A DNA stretch of 58,988 nucleotides, filler included, from Platydemus manokwari (lineage: Eukaryota): assembly GCA_037951405.1 (NCBI GenBank). It is 5 parts of 5 records of this genome, joined end to end, with 100 filler letters (N's around TTAATTAATTAA, not from the genome) between each part and the next. Parts side by side here need not be neighbours in the genome. Positions count along the whole stretch, not along the records: positions 49,812 to 58,988 come from JBBMOY011287317.1; 4 more parts are not named here. One strand, given 5' to 3'. The translations under genes were made by a program, and so were the position numbers. The notes beneath the pieces were generated by a model. The model saw only the letters and a list, made by a program, of their open reading frames with translations. It was not told the DNA's origin and ran no database searches. Positions within the stretch are counted from its first letter, which is position 1; each line of letters starts with the position of its first letter. Positions 54,019-58,988 of this stretch are shown here, piece by piece.

Positions 54019-57000
54019 CTATATATGGGTTACAAATCCTCCATTAACATTTGATTCCGACATTTGTTTGTCATCATCAAAATGTTTAGTTTGAGCATGA
54101 CGGTTTCGCCTGAGAAATGAATCGATTTCATGGATTGGAGAAATATTTGGCTGAGTAGTAGCAGAATTGAGATGGCTGGAAATGTTATCATACGATTTGA
54201 CGCGCTTATTCTTGTCAATATTGAGATCGCTTTTCACTTTGGAGCATAATTCTTGCTGATACGTCGATAAATGGGAACGTTTATTAATTAATCCATATTC
54301 AGATGATATGCGACTGAGATCAACAATACTAGGTCGACCAAGCACCGAGTCGATAATTGTAGATGTTTGTTTGATTGCAATCAGTTCCGGTTCATAATCG
54401 AAATGAAGGTTAGCTCCATTGCCAAGCTTCTGTTCACGAATTAGACCTTTAGTTAATATATTTGGATATAACGAATTTCGAATGGCATTAATGCATAATC
54501 TGAATAAATCGATAATTTCAACAATGTATTAATATAATTATGTTTACATGATAATTTATAGTTATATATAGCCAAAAGAATATTTCATAAATGTCACCAA
54601 AAAACCAAGATGAAGCGATAGTTAAAACTTCATAAATGGATATAAATAAACGCACAGGGTCGAGATAATGAAATATAAAACTCTACAAGTCATGGAAATA
54701 ACAGAAAATAATCTTTTAAATAATAATAATAATAATAAATATTTTATAACAAACACAATAACAAATACAAAATAAATGTCAATTAACGATAAACAACATC
54801 AATCAACAGCAGGATATTTGAAGAAGGAAGACTATCATTTATGTTTGAGGAGAATGATGAGAATCTTATTTGAGACTTAAAAATAGATAATTTACTACTG
54901 ATTGATTAAAGATATACACATTACGACTGATGCAAGTTAATAACATATTTCATTATAATATCGCCAAGAATATAAAGATAAAGTAGAACTCGTTGACAGT
55001 TGGTATGATGCTTTGTTAAAAAAATAAATAGTTTTTATAAGTCTCCAAAAGAATATCTCTTAGGAATACATTTATTGGAAACGAATATCGTAAAAATGGT
55101 ACACACACACAATACAAGTAAAAATGTAAAAATTAAGGAGTGTGAGGGCCGAATGAGTGAGTAAAGTATATTAACTCTCTTAAGAATCAAATCATTTTGG
55201 CTCACGTCCTAAAAATCATCCTTGAATTTAATTCGATCAAGCTACATTATACGGTAGAATTGGAGAATTATAAGCAATGAGTTGATCAAAACATCAAACT
55301 ACATCATCGATTTTATCGGCGATTTCAATATTATTGACAATTTAATTACTTTAATTTAATTTCCATACATTTATGTTTTTATTTAATTCTTTAAAATTCT
55401 TATTTTCTGAATCTGATAATTTCAGTTAACACAAATCTATATATTCGGTAATTCTCTAAGACCATATATGTTTTAATATTGATAATTCTTTTATAAGAGA
55501 GAATTACATAAAGCATTACGAATATTTTTCAAATTTAAAAAGTCCAGATTAAAATTTCCCAATGTTTACAATTCGCATCTGGTTAGTTTAGCGAACAAAA
55601 ATAATTTCAAAAATTCGTTTGAAAAAATTAAAAGTAAACCTCTTCATATTACGATTAAACGGTTATGATTCTTAAATGAATTACATTTCACTTAGAGAAG
55701 AAACATTCGTAAATTAAACATCTTATAATCGATATTATTATCCTTATTTTTAGTTTACCAAATAAAATTAAAATATCGGAACAATTCAAATAACAGTTAG
55801 ATTTGGAAGGGAATATTATCAATTATAAACGCTCCAGAAGACACTTATTCAGATCTAAAAGCATAAGACTTATTTTAATTTTTCAGTGAAAATTCGACGA
55901 GATTTATCACAGTGAAATGCGATCAAAATCAAAAGCAATAATAGGCTTTCAATCTTTTAACCTTCTATAAAAAGACTGTAAATAAACTTCCAAATTTATT
56001 AATCACACAAGTGATCCGGTCTGCCTACAATACCTACTTGAATCACATTGGCAGTGATAAACAACAAGGCAAATAACAACTGCAACCCTCCGTCCTAAAC
56101 CATCAACAACAAAACTATTTAACCAACAATAATCACAACATCTTGGAGCTCATCTTATATCAATCATTCTCACTGTCATCATCATTATCAAGATCATCCA
56201 TAATTAACATCAATCACATTGCCATATCACTCATTACCTCATCATCTCATTCATTCGACACATAATTAACGCCGAATTACCAATCTTTGCTTTCACTTAC
56301 CGGTTTTTGACTTTCTCTTACCGGATTTGACAAACATTACCTACTAATGACTCAATCTTTAACTCTTATTCTACCTGGATGGTATTGGTTATAACTATAT
56401 TTAACCATATGGTTCTGTAAATATTTCAGCTATCCTCTTGGGCAGATCAGATTACGAATTTTCATCAATGAAAGCGAGCATTTCTCCCTGTTGAGTAAGA
56501 TGGTAGATCATAACCATCGTCGATTCCGGAGTGATCGGTGTTCGGAAGTATGAAAAGTATCCTCCAGAACCCGAAAGACAAACGACATCAAATGGTCTTG
56601 TGGCTCAGCCAATCGGGTTCTCAACAATCTGACTCAGGCATCTGAGGACGTATAGTGCAGATCAGTCCATAAATTAAGGAAATAACTGTCTATCAAGAAA
56701 CATTTGTGTGACTAAAAAAACAATTGTGATCTTTCCGATGCCGTATATATTTAACTTTTATGTGTTAACTACTATAATATATCGTTCCCAAAATTGTTAA
56801 GGCTTCGATTGAAATGAATTAAGTTCTTAAGCAATTTATTCAAGGTCAGATTTCAAGTAGGGCTTCAAATTTCTAATCCAGAAACATTTACCCGTATGAG
56901 CTAATTAACAATCGCATGATGATTACGATGGTAAGATTCTGTAAGATTTAAAGCATTGATTTTGCTTGCACTTCGATCTATTTTTCGAAAATAATTCCAA

Positions 57001-57782
57001 TACATTCGATAAAAAATTCACACGATCAGTTGGAATATAAATATATAGATAGATTCATTTAAAAAAAACTACTATTGAAGAAAATGACTATTAAACATCT
57101 AGAATTACCTGGGTAATATTGCTGATGCCGGGGCCACAATACATAAAAGCCAGAAGGTTGGATTTTTGATATTTTGGAAGATGAAATCTTGCTGATTCTC
57201 TAATCCGCAAACAATATGTCTGCATAAACCATTATAAAGTAATGTAAAGGCAAACCATGAAATGACGAGACTTAATGATAATCCTGCAACATGGAACCAT
57301 GTCTGAAAATAAATATTATCAATAATTAGGGAAATTTTTTTCGCAAAAATCAATTTATCCATAATTTAAATCAAAACAAGTAGATTATTGCGAAAGGTTG
57401 CTAAATTAAGTAGTTAGATAAATTTTAGACGTGTAGGTTTTTAATATAAGATAGGTCACTGATATAGGAGAAAGCAAATAAAATTTATGATTAAATTAAT
57501 ATATAATAGATTATATTTATAATAAATCGACACAATCAAGTGCTTATACATTTCAATACTGGAATAATTTCAAATATATAAATAAATAAAATTCACCCAA
57601 TATCGAGTTTCCAAACCCATGTGTACAAGACAGGTTATCAATGCACAACCTGTAACCATTTGACCGAATTCCCATATTCCAATTTCGGTCGATATTATAG
57701 CTGCATAGCAAATGAAAAATATGATCAGACTTTGCCAAATTGCATCCAATATATTCACCCAAAAATGCCACGGCTTATAGCT
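54019..57782 (-). CDS. ATP10: P4-type ATPase phospholipid flippase, ATP10 (class V)-like, last three exons
   Basis: Exons 57782-57597 (SYKPWHFWVNILDAIWQSLIIFF...LVHMGLETRYW), 57302-57109 (TWFHV...LLYNGLC...NPTFWLLCIVAPASAILPR) and 54499-54019 (LCINAIRNSLYP...THI*) splice in frame and resemble the C-terminal transmembrane helices of ATP10 proteins. Confidence 0.85.
55700..56700 (+). mobile_element. Possible decayed Ty3/Gypsy-like gag-protease remnant in the ATP10 intron
   Basis: Locally higher GC. The frame at 56507-56632 reads IITIVDSGVIG...TTSNGLVAQPIG, resembling retropepsin D(S/T)G and TANG..G motifs; many stops around it. Confidence 0.3.
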
Positions 57783-57840
57783 CTAAAATATTAATGAACG
57801 GAAGACATATTAAATAATAATAATGATAATAATAATAATA

Positions 57841-58702
57841 CAATGGCACATATACTTACGAAAGGGTCTACACACGAAATTTTCAGGTTACGAAACACCT
57901 CCTTTGAAAAATCTTACCTCTGGTTACAAAATTAATTTCAGGATACGAAAGATGAAAACTTCAAAATATTTTTGGAAACAGCACTTCAATACTGTTGTTT
58001 ACCCTTAATGCGGCTTGGAGAAAGCTGTGGCCCGATTTTGTTGCCCCACGAGGAGCTTTCGACAAAGGAGCTGATGGGGTTGGAGGCGATTAGACTCAAA
58101 ACAGTGAAGAAGTTCATTGAGGACTAGAAGGCAGCCATTATTCTGTCAATCCAAATGAAAGACATTTAAAGAAAATTCCATAAAGTTTCGGGATTTATTA
58201 AAAATAATCACCCAGAAAAACCGTTCACTAGTCGGGCTCTCACTCACTATGATGATTTTTGCCTTGCACATTATCGAAAGATTGTCAAAAGCCCAGAAAG
58301 CCAAACGTCTTTGGATCAGTTATTTACAAAACGTCGGACAAAAACAACAGTTGATAGTGAACCTGAGTCGAAGAAAGCAAAAGGTAATGACAATAGCTCT
58401 TAGAACAAGAGTTTAATTGTTAAAACTTTGATAGAATAAAATTTTGATACATAATTCTTTGCTCTTTATTTACATTATGAATAACTCTCATTTTCATGCT
58501 TATTGTGTAGTAATCAGATTATAAAATGTATTTATTACAGTTTTTATCATATTTTCATAATTTATAAAAGAATCATGTTTGAATTTTAGGGGCTTGGAAA
58601 CCATTATGGGATTTAGAAGGAGAAAGAGGCTCTACTTACCTATTTTTCACGTTACAAAACGACTTCCAGAACGCAATTATTTTGTAAGTAGATGTACCAC
58701 AG
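57841..58702 (+). mobile_element. Internally deleted Tigger/pogo (Tc1-mariner superfamily) DNA transposon
   Basis: Degenerate ~23-bp TIRs: CAATGGCACATATACTTACGAAA versus reverse complement CTGTGGTACATCTACTTACAAAA (18/23), with TA on the left flank. Internal transposase C-terminus KVSGFIKNNHPEKPFTSRALTHYDDFCLAHYRKIVKSPESQTSLDQLF (~58182-58403). Confidence 0.85.
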
Positions 58703-58988
58703 GAATAACATCATCATCAACAACAACTACAATAATAATAACCCTCAGTCCGAATAACATAAATAAAATAATAAATAACATGAATAATAGATAGTAAATT
58801 TTCATAAAGGCCATCTTTGAATGTCTCTAATATAACCTATAGATTAATGAGTAATATAAAACGAGAACGAATGTAAAAAGAAAAATAATTAACGTATCAA
58901 GAATAAATATAGAATCTAGTAATTACAAAAACGTAACAACAGAAAATACGTAAACACGTCGATAGTCTCATTCTACAAAATAATTTTC

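Noticed and set aside
181-57782. A functional gene cluster linking UBR5, RhoGAP, IPO5, PDE9, FAXDC2, PHF14 and ATP10
   Set aside because: These are unrelated housekeeping genes on separately assembled pieces; most adjacencies are created by concatenation.

Overview
Very AT-rich eukaryotic (animal) genomic DNA with GT-AG spliceosomal introns, many only 44-56 nt long. The composition and intron sizes suggest a flatworm such as a planarian (inference). The window is not one continuous locus: four identical artificial 100-nt spacers (N44-TTAATTAATTAA-N44) join five pieces. Piece 1 holds the 3' ~2,500 codons of the HECT E3 ligase UBR5/hyd (16 exons, +) and one RhoGAP exon. Piece 2 holds a complete 3-exon importin-5 gene (-, ~1,104 aa), followed by repeat-rich DNA with a decayed RLE-type non-LTR retrotransposon. 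Piece 3 holds four PDE9 catalytic-domain exons and two FAXDC2-like exons, both on the minus strand and oddly adjacent. Piece 4 holds the 3' part of PHF14 (-) with an intronic hAT MITE. Piece 5 holds the last three exons of an ATP10-class P4-ATPase (-) with an intronic Tigger/pogo remnant. I found no CRISPR array, rRNA, tRNA or prokaryote-type system, and nothing I can support as a new biological system. The best leads are: the FAXDC2/PDE9 junction across an (AAT)10 run; a UBR5 HECT insert of ~560 aa with a decayed, possibly duplicated MLLE; a dispersed ~360-bp tandem repeat family; and a 453-codon stop-free antisense frame inside IPO5.
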